DNA of 64,000 bases from Guillardia theta CCMP2712 (lineage: Eukaryota; Protista; Cryptophyta). Under the pieces are notes generated by a model. That model was not told where the DNA came from and did no database searches. It saw only the letters and a list, made by a program, of their open reading frames with translations. Positions within the stretch are counted from its first letter, which is position 1, and the number at the start of each line of letters is the position of its first letter. The stretch spans positions 367,848 to 431,847 of the forward strand of contig NW_005434602.1 in the NCBI RefSeq assembly GCF_000315625.1, written 5' to 3'. Both the position numbers and the translations under genes were made by a program. Positions 1 through 15,000 of the stretch are shown here, piece after piece.

Positions 1-3000
1 ATGACTTCAAGATGGAATACAAGCAAATCACTGGTTCAGCTTTTGCAAGGTTGACATGGGCATCGAAATCCACCCCGCGAGAAGTAATCCCTTCCAGTCA
101 ATTTTATTATGAAACTCAGGCCAAACAGTCTCCATTCTCACTGATTGTGATGCCAAACGTTGCAAACGGGTCTCAATCCACAGCTGTGGGATCAGGACTT
201 TTGGTTGCTACAGCTGGTACTGCAGCGCAATTTACACTTCAAGCGAACGATATGTACGATAACGAGCGTGGCGAAGGAGGGGATATTTTCAGTGTTCGTG
301 TATATCCACCGAATACAATATCCAATGGAAATCAAGGCCTTCCTGTTCATGCAGTTGTAGTCGATGATACTGATTCATCATACAGTGTTGAGTACACGAC
401 ATACACCAGTGGCATGAATACATTGCTTGCTGATTTGCTGATTCGAGGTGGTGTTTCTGCGACGTACTACGACAACAATGATTTCACAAATCCGGTCAAG
501 TTTGCAGAAGGAACATCAACATTGCAGAATGTACATTTCACCTCTTCAACGTACATTTCAAATGGAGTAAACTCAATTCCAACAGTGAACAGTTTTTCTG
601 TTCGTTATGTCGGCTTCGTGAAGCCCACAAAGGATAGCACGTATCAGTTTGTGTGGAATCGCAATGTTGGAGCTGCAAGTGATCGTGTACGTCTATGGAT
701 AGATAATACTCTCATTATCGACCAATGGACCTCTCTTGCAGCAAGTAATCCATCAGGTTCGATTGATCTCCGTTCAGCTTATTACTACGATACGCGACTG
801 GATTACATGTACTATGATGGCTGTGTGAGTGGGTCCTGTGAGGCCTCAGCCATTCTCCAATGGGGTCCGGCGGGATCACAGGTTGCTGACATCACATCCT
901 CTCAACTGTACATGGGATATCCTATCATGAATTCTCCATACATGGTTGATGTCCTCCCAGCTGGAACCTGTTCTGCGAAATCTTTTGCAACACCCAATCA
1001 AGCAGAACCAGGAAATAGTCTAGAACTGTCGACAGCAGGCGTTCAAGCAGAATTTAGCATCACAGCCAAAGATTTGTACGGAAACTTAAGAGGAATCGGT
1101 GGCGACAACTTCAAGGTCAGACTCACAGGTGTTGATAGCAGTGCTGGTATTGTTCAAGACTTCCTGAATGGTACATATCGTGTTACTTATACCACGACTG
1201 TTTCTGGAACTTATGACATCAGTGTTGTATTTGGAGCAAGTGGAATTTACCAAAGTCCATTCCGAATGGTTTGTCAACCTGCTACCCGTCATCTCCAGTC
1301 TTCATTGGCTGCTGGTCAAGCTCTCTCTCTTGCTACTGCCGGAATCAAGTCAACTGTCACGGTGACAGTACGAGATATCTTCGATAATTGGCAGCCAGAT
1401 CCATCTGTTGCCAATGCTGGGATCAAATTCCAGGTTGTGGATGTTGCTACCTTGCAACCTATCCCTTTGGTACAAGATGCGTTGACTCCTGCTGATATTC
1501 CAAGATTTGTCGATACGATAAGCTACATCGGACCGTCAACAAATGCAGGTCACCAAGTCAGTACTCCGACAAATCTTGACAACCCCAATTTAGTTCTGCG
1601 ATATACAATAACAAAGTCTGGAAATTACAGCCTTTTGATCGCTGGGAGCACCTTGAATGATGGTAAAGTATATGGTTCCCCTTTCAGCTTGTTGACAGAT
1701 CCAAACATTGTTTGTGCTTCAACCTCAACTGCTTCTGGACAAGGATTGTCGATTGCGACGGCCGGAATGTCGGGTTCTTTCATCATTACAGCACGAGATC
1801 AATATTTCAATTTCCGCAACTCCTATTTGTCAGATAATTTCGTTGCTAGGGTGCGCCAGTTTTACAGCTCCGGACTGCCATTAGCCAGTAACAACGGAGG
1901 GAGCATTATGGATGTGATTGAGTGTGGATGGCCTGGATCTAATTGCAAGTCATGGAATACTTACAGTTGGGGTTGGACGACCACTGGCGGACGTGACAAG
2001 CAGGCTAAGGTGTCTGCCAATGGAGACGGTACTTATACTGTGGCATATAATGCAACACGCAGTGCAGTGAATTACTTATGGGCTACTTTGGCAGTTCCAG
2101 GTGGTCTCCAGGCAACGTATTACCTGAACGATGACTCTTTCAGTGCCACTGGAAGCAATCGAGTAGTTCAACAAGATCAAACCATTGATTTTAGCATCAC
2201 TGCAAACACTCCAACGCAGCTTGCTGGGCAAACCATGTGGACAGCAAGATGGACTGGTCTGGTTCGTCCATCACTTTCTGACACATATACATTTTATCTG
2301 GGAGACTCAGGAACCCAAGTAGATCATGTGAAACTGTGGGTTGATAATAGTTTGATTATTCAACAATGGTATTCGCTCGGCTCTGAGACACCCTCTGGGA
2401 AGATCAACCTTGAACAAGATGCATACTATGAAGTACTGATGGCTGCAATGTCTAATGGTACTGCACTTAACTCTACATCCAAGTTTCAATTGCAATGGTC
2501 TGCAAACCAACATGCTAAGTCAATCATTTCAAGCTCAAGACTGTACATGTCTTACCATATTTCAGACTCTCCATTTTCCCTAAATGTTCTACCTGCTACA
2601 ACCTGTGCAGGAAATTCGAAAGTCTACAGGCCTGCTCTCACTCTGACGACTGCTGGTGTGATGGCATCGTTCACTATGCAATCGCGAGATGCGTTTGACA
2701 ACTTGCGTACTTTGCCAGTGGAAGAATTCACGGAGATCGATTTCAATATCCTGGCGAATGCTTCCCTTCCGATTGATGGTTCGATGATGAATAGAATTCA
2801 ACCTTCTTCTGATGATGGAGGAGTTCTATTGTATTCAGGAACAGTATTTTACATTGGAACAGGAGCGTACCAAGTAAATTACACAACGATGGTTCAGGGC
2901 ACTTACAATTTGGAAGGCAAAATGATGCAGCCTGGAGGTTTGTTTGGAATCTATTACGAGAATGAAGATCTCACTGATCGTCCGGTGAATACTCTCGGGC

Positions 3001-6000
3001 TCACTTCCTCGACCAAGCCCTATATGAGAGTAGATTCGACCATTGACTTCAACTGGATGCAAGGACGTCCTGTCCCACCGCCATCTCCTGATTTCCCCAA
3101 AGACATTGGACCAAGCTATTTCAGCGTGAGATGGATGGGGATGGTAAAGCCTATGTATTCCGAAGTTTATACTTTTAGCTTGGCTGTTGATGATGGTGCA
3201 AAACTTTGGATCAATGATCTCCTTGTAATGGATTTCTGGTATGCACGTTGCTCTGAAGTAGACGGAACAATCGCCCTTATGGCAGACACGTTGTATCCAA
3301 TCAAAATCGAGTACAAGCAAAGCGTTGGCAATGCATCAATTCAGATGTATTGGAGATCGAATTCTCAACAAAAAATGATAGTTCCTTCTACAAGTCTCTA
3401 CCGCAATACTACTTCTTTCAACTTATGCAACCAAAACCAATCCCTGATTGTTGAACCAGCGATTGTCTGTTCAACCACATCTACCGCAGGAGGATCTGGT
3501 CTGACTGTAGCAACAGCGGGACAGTCATCCTTTTTCACGATCCAATCTCGAGATGAGTATATGAATAACAGGAAGCTGTCCGACGCTGGTATCAGACCTG
3601 GAAATGTCCAATTTGCTTGTGACGACTGGTCTCAATCTGGTGTTCTGAACCCCAATTACATATCGTCTTTTACTGTCCATGAATTTCAGTTGGATACTCC
3701 TGCAAGCAGTGTGGATGGTTACTACGTCGGAAGAACAATTACCTTTACAGCGGGAACTGGTCAAGGACAGAGCCGAATTGTAGAATCATACACAGGATCT
3801 ACCAGAACCGTTGTGGTCTACCCTCCCCTGACAGTCACTCCCGATCAATCAACGAAATACATGATTGGAAACTATGGTGGTCAATGGAGCGAGCACTGTG
3901 ATGCGACGAAAACAGAGGCTTACCGTCTTGGATACCCTGAATTCCGCGTTGTTATCAATTCTGTCACTGATGTACAACCTCCGTACCATGCCCCTGGATT
4001 GGTCGATCGGCTATCAACAGATGAACCTGTCAATGATGGAGCTGCGATAGTGCGCCTGAGTTCCATCGAATTTCCTGGAGGGTTGACAGCAACGTATTAC
4101 GACAATCCAGGTGTTGATCCAGGAAATAGCCTTTACTATAATCCTGGTTTCCAGGATCCGAAGTTCTCAACCTGGTGTACATCAGCTCAGCCGTGCGATC
4201 AGACAATTGATTTTTCGCATGTTGGAACAGGATTGAGCAAAAGTTTGAAATTGACGTACGGGCAGTATCCAGAAGCAATTGGAAATCTTGGTTTTACATC
4301 AGGTCCTTTAGCTGCAACATACTATGATCATCCGTCGGAGGGGTGGGTTGTCGATGAAAGACTTAGTGATTCAAATTATGGAGTCCGATGGTCAGGATAC
4401 ATTTCTCCGACTCTTGCGGGACTCTATACATTTCAAGCTAACTTGTTGGGCTCATCATATGATAGGGTGAAATTATGGATTGACAATAGCTTGGTGATTC
4501 AGCAGTGGAATTCATTGTCATCATCGCATGTTGTCGAGGGCACTTTTCAATTTCCTTTATCCTACCCATCAGCATACCCCATTAGCATCCATTACAAAAG
4601 CGTTGATCCACAAGCAGCTAGTGCAAATGGCTTGACTATTCGGTGGAAGAATCTTGCAATTGGTAGTGTGCTCTCAGCACAAATTTTTGTTTCAACCTTG
4701 AGCAACGCATTTTGTGCCTCGGATTCACCCCTCTCAACAACTCAAGCACAATGGATATGCCTTGCAACATTAGATCCAGTTACGCATCAACTTTCGTTCA
4801 AGACTTCATTTGGAAGTCCAAGTGAACAGGATTCATCATACATTGGACAGATATTACAGTTGTCTACCCCGTACTTGGGTCAAGAGAATCATTTGATTCA
4901 AGATTATGAAGGAGTGTACACAGGGACGGTCCGTAAAGCAGGTAGCATTCGCTTTTTTTGTTTATTTAGTAGATTTTAAACTTGTTTTTTTCAGGAACAA
5001 CCAACATCACATATTTGGCTGCAGATGCTTCAACCACGGATGATTACTACACAGGACATTACATTGAAATAACGGGGGGCACAGGAGTCGGCAGCTTTGC
5101 ACTCATCTTGAGATCATACGGATGTGCTCAGTCGGGTTGCGATCATAGGCTGGGAACTCTTGCTTCTGCTACAACAAAGTATTGCGATTGCAGTGGTGTT
5201 GATGCACAAAGCATTGTGCACGAGCCATTCCCAGTTGCTACCGATACAACCAGCAAGTACAGCATATTCTTATATCGTGCCCGGCTCAACACTGAGATCA
5301 CGAACCATTCATACAAGTCCGATTTGGGCACTTTTGAGATTTCGTCGGGATACACTATGGTGACTTATGGTCAAGCTGAATGTGCCGAGTTCACTGGTCA
5401 GGCTGTAGGTGGAGGAAATTCGACTACCTCATCCCAAAGCTTATTTACCGTCAACAGTACTCTGTATGTACTCGATGCTTCTGCTCTTTTTGGTGGTGTG
5501 TGCTCAACTTCTTGCAACCTCTGGGCTAGTATTGGAGATCAGACTAACATTCAAGTTACAGCTATTTCTTCCAATACTCTGACTGTCGTGCAAGGAACTT
5601 TCTCTGCGGATGTTTCTTGCTCTGTATCGTCACCGTGCGCAGTCACTCCAAGAAATACTATGATTCTGAATGCAGAAGCCAACACAGTGCAAGACTTTTA
5701 CACTGGATACTACATCCAAATCTTATCTGGAGCGTGTGCTGGACAATGGAGAATGATTGAAAAGTCGAACTATAATGGCTACTATGTAACGATTTCTGTT
5801 TCCACTCCCTGGTCTCTAACAACCACGTCGAACTATCTTGGCTGCACTCAACCTGACCTTACGTCGGTGTATTACTTGTCTAAAGTATGCATCGGCTCAC
5901 AGATTTCTCTGCAATCAGTTGGACCCATAAGTTCTCTGACGATCAGGCCAGGGATTTACGGTAACGAGATCCTTGAAACTGCACAGAGCTCACTTGGATA

Positions 6001-9000
6001 CTCTCCAAACACTGTTTGGGGACCTGGGTACTATAATCAACTCAGCACTCAAGGAGATTCTTACCCGTATCCTTACGAACCGTACCAGCGCGCTTGCTGC
6101 AAAGCATATTCAGGTTCGGAAAATGACAATGTGTATCAAAATATGATAGTCGTCATTACAAGCGGAACAGGAAGAGGTCAAAGGAGGTTTATAACTGGCT
6201 ATGATGGTGCGAAGCTGCAGGCTACCATTACACCCGAATGGACCACGCTTCCAGATTCCACTTCGCGATATTCTATTTTCACTGCAAAGAGCTCGACTTC
6301 TTTCACGCAAAATCAATCTACAATCGCTCCATTCTCTGTTGCACCTGTCATTCCTTCAACAAGGTTGTATCCTCTGAGGTCTCGATATGAAATCATGTAT
6401 ACCCCTACAGTAAGTGGCGACTATCAAGTGCATGCAAGCATTGCTCAAGGTTCTGGCATTGAAGCAACGTATTATGACGATATGGACTTGATACAACCAG
6501 TTTCTTCTTGGAATGTCGATAACATCAACTTTGATATCAATCAGATTCAACAAGGTTTTGGAAATTCCAAGCCCAGGGGATTTGGGGATCTGGGACTTTC
6601 TGACAAGCAGAGTTTTTCTGTCCGATGGCTTGGACTACTTCAGATTTTCGATAGCGTTCAAGATACTACACCTCACACTTTCACATTCCAAGCAGGGATT
6701 GCTGAAACCGACGAGCGGGTCAAGCTGTGGGTAGACAACAGCTTGATTATTGACCGATGGGACACTTATGATTACCTGTCGTCAACATCGTTTTCTGCGA
6801 CAATTGGTTTAAAAAGCCCTTTTTACTATGAAGTGAAGATGGAATACAAGCAGTTTGCTGGGACTGACGCGAAAGCGTCACTTCAATGGCAATGTGGAAA
6901 TATCAGCAATCAATTTGAAAGCCCATGCCCTTATATGTCTCTGATTCCATCAAGTAATCTCTTCCAAATCAGAGAAATTAGTGGTTCACCCTTTCCCCCG
7001 TTTGAAATTCTGCCTGCATCAACCTGTGCTGCTAAATCTTCGGTACGTGGATCTGCGTTGTCGGTTGCAACAGCTGGTGTATCAGACTCTTTTACGATTC
7101 AGTCAAATGATGAATATGACAATGAAAGAGCTGTTGGAGGGGATCTATATGTCGTAAGAGCAATCCCTTATGACACATGGACGTCAATTGAAGGCATTTC
7201 ATCCAATCCATCCATGGATTGCATATATTGTCCACCTACTATACATGGCGCCGTGAATGACACCGGGGATTCCAGTTATGTCGCGAAATTCAACGGTACA
7301 AAGAAGGGCTCTTACAAAGTTCTGACTTCTTTGGCTTTGAGTGGTGGCATGTCAGCAACTTATTACTCAGACGATCAGCTTTCAGTCAGTCGATTCCATC
7401 GTACCAATCAGGTTGGAAATTCCGAAATGGATTTTGCAGTCCCATGTGTCTTTCGCAACAATTATGTTACTGCCAATGTTGCTGGGTATACTCAATTTGA
7501 CAGCACCACGGCTAAATGGAGAGGATTCGTTGGCGAAGCTTCCACGATGACAAATGTAGGAGTGTGGCGAGGTCAATATCAGTGCCAAAATTGGATCAGT
7601 GGAACAGCAATGTCTGGGTTCTGTGCAGTTGATAGCATGACGACGATGAATTCTCAGAATAACTTTGCGAATTGCGAGAAGGTGACCTCAACTGCAGAAA
7701 CCGCTCAAGGAAATGTTTCCCAAACTTCCATTCAGCTGGAAGCAACTGGAGTTTCCCAAGGAGTTGGCGACAATTATTTTGTGGGAATGATCATATATAT
7801 TGAATCTGCTTCCAGCAATGCTGGTGTCTGGTCAATTGTATCGTCGTATTCCAGTGTTTCTCATACAGCTACTGTCAATTTCCAGAAGTTACCCTCTGGA
7901 ACAGTGAAGTACTTCATTTTCAACTGTGGAGCAAATTTCCTTGCAACGACGATGACAAGTTGTATGCAACTGAGTACAATTTTGCAACCTCTTGCTTGGA
8001 TTCCTTCTTCTTCGTCAATCATTATCCTGGATCAGGCAAGCTCAAGTATTGATGGAGCTTACGACGGCTGGGATATCAAGATTGTGAATGGTGCCTGTAA
8101 GGGTCAAGTACGAAAAATCAACAATTTTGTTGGCAGGATGAGATTAGCAGTAGTCTCTCTTCCTTGGAGTACGTCGTCGGGCAAGGAAATCGGTTCCAAC
8201 GGTCAACTCGAGGAATATTATGGGTGTGTATATCCAGATTCCACCTCTGAGTACATTCTTTACTCTCAAAATCTTGCACCAGGGTCAATTGATGCATCAA
8301 GCCCTGCATTCGGTGTGCGTTGGGCTGGTTTTGTCAAACCATCAACTACCACTGAGTACACGTTTCAGGCCCTGTTATCTGCCTCACAAGGATATCCAAA
8401 TCAGGAGCGTGTTAAGCTTTGGGTGGACAACAATCTGATAATTGATCAATGGAGCAGTCTTGCAAGTACATCAGCTTCCGGGACCTTTGCATTTGCTGAT
8501 TTGGATGTACTTTATGATATTCAATTGGAGTATAAACGATCGAATGCTTCTTCTGTCACAAACACTCCAACTGAAGGAAGCCCTGCTGGGAATTTTGCAC
8601 CATACATTTCGCTGCGATGGCAAAATACTTTGTCTGGATCAGATGCAACACTCTCAGAAGCATATTCCTATCAGAACATTGTTCCGGTTCGACTTTTTTC
8701 GAACTTTCCAGTTCCAAATGACGAAACGCTGGAGGTAGTTGTGGCAGACACCTGTGCGACTACATGTATAGTCTCTGGCAACGGACTGACGGCCTCCACT
8801 GCTGGTGTACAGGCATCCTTTGTGATAAGGGCGCGTGATGCATTTGCAAATGATCGTCAACTTGATGAAGATTCTTTTGAAGTTCATGTTATAGGTCCAA
8901 GCAACTTTTCGATCAATGTCTTGCCGACTGCATCTGTTGAGCTGCCCGGTGATTACTCGGTTCTGTATACAGCGACTGTAAGCGGAATTTATGAGGTTTC

Positions 9001-12000
9001 AATCAGGCGATTCAATATTGGAGGCCTTCTGGGTGAATATTTCAACAATATGTGGCTCATTGGTGACCCGTCTGTAGCAAACATTGATCCTGACGTGAAT
9101 TTCAACTGGGAAACCTTTCAGATCGCACCCCTAGGTTTTAACAACACCACCTTTTTGGGCAGTGAATACATGTCAGTTAGATGGACAGGGGCTTTCAAAC
9201 CAGAGTTGTCTGAATTGTACACATTCTCTGTTTCAGCTGATAATGGAATTCGGTTTTATCTTGATTCTGCTTTAGTAGTTGATAACTGGGAAGCAAATGC
9301 AGCATCTGTCTATTCTGCAACGCTCTCTACAGTTGCAGGGCTGCTTTACGACATCAAGTTGGAGTACCGTCATAGCACTGGAAACGCAAACGTATCACTA
9401 ATGTACACCTCTCCATCTATTGCGCAAAGAACTATTCCCTCTTCAAGACTATTTAACAGCCCAGCACACGTGTTTGGATCACCTTTCACGAGCTACGTAA
9501 GCCCAGCAGATACTTGCGGCTCTACTTCATTTGCTTTTGGTTCTGGTCTCAGTTACACCACAGCAGGACAATTTTCAGCATTTACCATACAAGCTCTTGA
9601 CGAATACATGAATTACAGGACAAAGTGGGAAGATACATTTGTTGTCAAAACGATGTATCCTTCCAACACCATGTCTCGTGAGGTAGCTGGTACAGTTGGA
9701 GCAAATGTGATGAAAGGCAAATACAACGTAGCATACATGGTCACCAAAGCTGGCTCGATGAATATTTATGCTTCCCTCGTTGTACCTAATGGTCTTGTTG
9801 CTACATACTATGATGGCATTGCTTCTACTTTCTATGATGCAAGCATGGGAAATTACTATGGATCGTATAACAATCCTGTGAAGAGTCGAGTGGAGAATGA
9901 CATCAATCTAGAAAACTTTTATTCGGTTATCGGAGGTGGAACCTGTGCCTGTGATGCTGCAGGAGCCACTTCAGGAACTCCATCAAATGGAGCTTCATCC
10001 TGTCTGTGCAATGCAACCTCACTGACCGCGTTGAACGGTTTTGCTGTTCGTTATTCAGGATTTTTCAGGCCGAGCACAGCATCGACCTACACTTTCTCCG
10101 TACTGGATCAGTCGACATCGACAGTCGATAGGGTCAAACTATGGCTAGATGGTGTTCTTGTGATTGATCAATGGAACTCCCTAGATACAACGCAGCCAAC
10201 AGCGACTTTTTCGTTTCCAGTAACGATGGATTATTACGAAATTCTGATGGAATTTTCCAGCTACAATGGAACAGATTCAAGGCTCAGGTTGCAAACTGAA
10301 CAGGCTGATGTCCAAGTTTCTCAATCATTGAAATTGGTTCAGCCTAGCTACTTGGCTCAGTCAGTGCAGGTTGAAGGATCTCCGTTCAATCTGGTAGTGA
10401 GCACAGATGTAACTGATTTCAGCAATTCCATGATTTTTGGATCTGGATTGACAATCGCGACTGCCGGCTTCCAAGGATCCTTCCAAATTCAGTCTGTTGA
10501 CCAATGGGGAAATAATCGTACAGATGGTGGAGACGTGTTTTCGGTCCATGTCAGCAGCGCAGCTGGTATCAACCTTGAAGGCAATTACAGTGATAATCTG
10601 GATGGAACTTATACGGCAAATTATCTGCCCACCCTTCAAGGTGTATATTCTTTGTACACGGTTCTGGGTGCTATTCAGAAGACGTCAACTTTGCTGGTGG
10701 AGCCAGGAACAATTTGCGCAACCAATTGCTTGGTCAATGGAGTAGCTTTGACGATAGGCACAGCGGGTTATGCGGCCACTTTCACTATACAGGCAAAAGA
10801 TTCATTTTTGAACATTCGAACAGTTGGTGATAATGACTTTGTGATGCGATTGATTGGGTTGAACAATGAGTTACACAACAATCCATTCCATTACATCGGG
10901 GTGGAGCCAAATACGGATTTGGGGCGCTACATTACGTCTTACAGGACAACACAATCCGGAACATTTTCTTTGGATGTTCGTGTTGCTGGAAACAATGGAC
11001 TTCAGGGGAAATACTATCGCGATACTCAACTTAGCAACCTTGCTGTAGAGCAGAATGACACCTCAATCGATTTCAATTGGGGAATAGATGGTCCATACCC
11101 CAGCTCTGGAATCACTGATCATTTCAGCATTCAATGGACTGGTTACCTGAAGGCGAAGTACTCGGAAGAATTCACTTTTGAGACTTCCATGGGTGGAAAT
11201 GACGAAAGAGTCAAACTCTGGGTCGATAGCAGTTGGATTATCGACCAGTGGAATTCGCTCTCAGCTTCGTCTCCCTCTGGTACTGTTTGGTTGGTTAGCA
11301 ACACTCTGTACGACATCAAGTTGCAGTACGCTGACGGGGCCGATTCTGCTCAAGTGCAATTGCTCTGGAGCTCAGCATCACAAGGCCAAGAGGTGGTCAA
11401 TACATCAAATCTGTTCGTCGACGCATCACCTGTAGCTGGAAGTCCGTTCGCAACCACTGTGTATCCAGCACTTACGTCAGGCACTTTATCTACAGCTTCT
11501 GGACAAGGTTTGTCTCTTGCTACTGCTGGCGTTTCTGCAAGCCTTACTATTCAAGCGAAAGATAATCTCGGCAATCTTAAGACAACATCAGATGACGTTT
11601 TTGTTGTTCGTGTGAGACACAACACTGATTACACTCGATCCAACATTCTGGGGACAGTAACAGCTTTAGGCTCAGGAACATACGCTGCTTCATACACGGC
11701 AACGTGGAAGCGAAACGGATTGAGTTGCGTAACGAATAGCACAACTTATGCCTGTACGGAACCTGTTGACTTGATAGCCATTGGAAGTTCAACAAACACT
11801 GGAATCTACGATGTTTCGACTTGGATCAATGCTATCCGCCAGACTACGTCAAATGTCGTTGGCCCTTCTGCAAATCGTATCGGTGTGTTGCAAAAATATC
11901 ACGATATCTTGGTTTCTCAGGCTCTCCCTGGTGGTTTGTTTGCGACGTATTACACTGATATGTCTGCCACACCGTTGCCTTACTCTGGAGACTTTGACAG

Positions 12001-15000
12001 CAGTGTTTACCGCACAAAAATTGTACAGACTGTCAATCAAGATTTCCTGGTCAGTGATCCTTTGACTTCCGGATGTCTAGATGCAATCGATACAGCGTTT
12101 GGTGTAAGGTATGTGGGATTTTTCTCTCCACCCACTGCTGCAACATACACGTTTGCTATTCAGATGCACAATGAAAACGAGAGGGTGAAGCTCTGGATGA
12201 ACAACCTGCTAATTATTGATCAATGGAACTCCTTGAGCTATGCGTACACACCGAGTGGAACTATCAATTTCGCCCAAGACAATGCATATTACGACATGAA
12301 AATTGAATACAAACAATATGGAGGGAGCGCAGATGAAGCATCCATCTCTTTCCAATACGCCTATCCTGATGATACGACCCTGTCTGTGGTTCCCTCTACA
12401 AGGCTGTGGCAATCATATGATTTAGCGTTCCATATCTACGATGAAGGCGGTTTGACTGCAACGTACTACAACTCTCTACCAAGTGGAACGAATGAAGTTG
12501 TGGGGTTGTCGACTGCTGACAAAGCGGTGCAGGAATCAACTGTGGATTGGTCTGGAACATCTTCCACTGACCGTCCATACCCGAGTTCAATCACATCTGG
12601 GACATTTAGCGTTCGATGGATTGGTTTTGTCCAACCCAGCCGATCCGATCTGTACACTTTCTACACACCCATCCATGGCGGTACTCAAACTTCTACAGAC
12701 GAACGAGTGAGGCTTTGGATAGACAATTCCCTCGTGATCTCTCAATGGGAATCCTTGTCCTCCATTGATCCTTCAGGCACATATCAATTTGCACAGCCCA
12801 ATGAGTTTTATAATCTCATGATGGATTACAAAGTAAGTTCTAGTACAGCACCGCGAAGTATTGCCCTCCAATGGGAAAATGCTGGAGCTCAATACTTGTT
12901 GAGCGACAATTCTCCTGCTATCCCAGGCTCAACAGTCTCACGAGGTGTCATCCCCCCCAATAGGCTGTTCAGAATACGGACTTCATCCACCATCGAGAGA
13001 GATGACTTCAAGGCCTGGGATCTTGACTTCTTCCAGAGCGGTGTTTCAACATTAGAAGACCGTCAGCAGGAGACTCCAGGACAGTGGGCAAAGATAAGCG
13101 CGTGCCCTGAGTGGTCAGACACGGGAGATAACGTCCGATACAATAGATGTAGGGGCAAAGGACTTCGAACCAACGAGGTGCTTCGAGTTGATGTGAAGCC
13201 AGCCGTCGTATGCGCCAGCCAAACGACGATTTCCGATGTCGGTGGATCTCTTTCCCTCAGCACAGCAGGCGTAACAAGAACATTCACCCTGACAGCAAGA
13301 GACGCCTACGACAACCAGAGAGACTCTACTGACGATGCCTTCATAGCACGTGCAACATTGTCCGACAGCTCAGTCTACGGAAGCTCTGTGGCACCGTTCT
13401 ATGGCAGTCTTGTTCCTCAAGACTGGGCTACGCTTCAAGCAGAAGGACAAAACAATCCTGTTTGGAATCAGTACGGAAAATACGAAATCTCATACTTAAT
13501 CACTCAATCAGCTTCGTTTTTCATGACTGTGATGAGTGCAGATGTGCAGGGTAATGGTTTGTTGGGAACCTACTTCAGCACCACGAGTCTTTCGGGAATA
13601 ATTTACACTCAAGTTGATCCTAATATTGATTTCAATTGGGGGCAAACGAATCCAACAACCGACCCAAATATTCTTGTGGGATCATTTAGTGCAAGATGGA
13701 CAGGCTACATCAAGATGAACAACACGGAGACGTACACCTTCACCACTAATTGTGATTATGGTGTCTCACTTCAAGTGGGTAGCATCCAGGTTATTAGCCA
13801 GTGGGGTTCCAATGCTAGTTACTACTCTGGAGTTTTCACAGCAACCAGTGGGGTGTTATACGATTTCATCTTTGAATACAAGACTCAAGGACCGATTTCC
13901 TTTTGTACACTTTCGTACTCTTCACCATCCACACCGCAGCAAACTGTTCCTACTTCTCAATTCTTTGTTGAAGCCCAGACCGTGAACGGAGGAGAGGTAC
14001 CTCTCGACACTCTACCAACCCTGATCTCTGCCACGGCTTCCACAATCAATGGAACTGGACTGTCATTGGCCACTGCTGGAGTTACCGCTTCCTTCACGGT
14101 CATTGCAAAGGACATGTACGGGAATGTTAGAGATTCTTGCGCAGATATACTGTTTGCAAGAATGTATCCAGATCCTCCAACATGTTTGCAAGGGCAATAT
14201 CCTTACGATTGGGCGACATGGAGCATGGGGACCTTCTTTACATGCACCAGCATCGGAAAGATTAGCCTTGCAACAACTGACACGTCTCTGATGACCAACC
14301 AGATCAATACCAACACCAATGCGGGACCCATCGGTACCAATGGCTCATATGGATTCTACATGCCGGTACCATCGAACACTGGGTCGTCATGGTCGGATGT
14401 AAGCTCTGTTTGCACTTCCGACAGGTTCACAGGAAACAAGCATCCCTTCACTTATGTACAAACCAGGGCGGGCTCGAGCACCTTGTACGTGTCCGAGACG
14501 CCTGGAGGCATTGGTTCTAGTTATGCTGCAGCTGCTGGACGAGGTCTGATGGCAACCTACTACGAGACTCCAGACTTCGGAAATCCGCAGTTTGCGCAAG
14601 ACTGCATCACCCAGGATGGTACGCCTTATGAGAACGCTTATTGCAATGTTGGCACGATTAATATCTCTTACTCAAATATGATGACTCCCGGAAGTTTGAC
14701 TAACGATGGAGCCTTTTCTGTACGATGGTTGGGATTCATCCGGATGTCGACAACCAATCAAAACGGTCAAACATGGACTTTCAGTACGCCGTTGGGACAA
14801 GGAACGTACAACGACGAAAGAGTCAAGTTATGGATTGACAACAGTCTATTGATTGATGAATGGACATCCTTATCTACTACAAACCCAACTTCCACGGTGC
14901 CGTATGATTATTTTTCCGACAAACAATTGTATGATATCAAGGTTGAGTATAAGAATGTTTTTGGAGGTCCAACCGACGGATCATATTTGCAATTGAAGTT

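Noticed and set aside
4942-4994. Two separate genes or a frameshift between the giant ORFs
   Set aside because: A canonical 53-nt intron joins them in frame.
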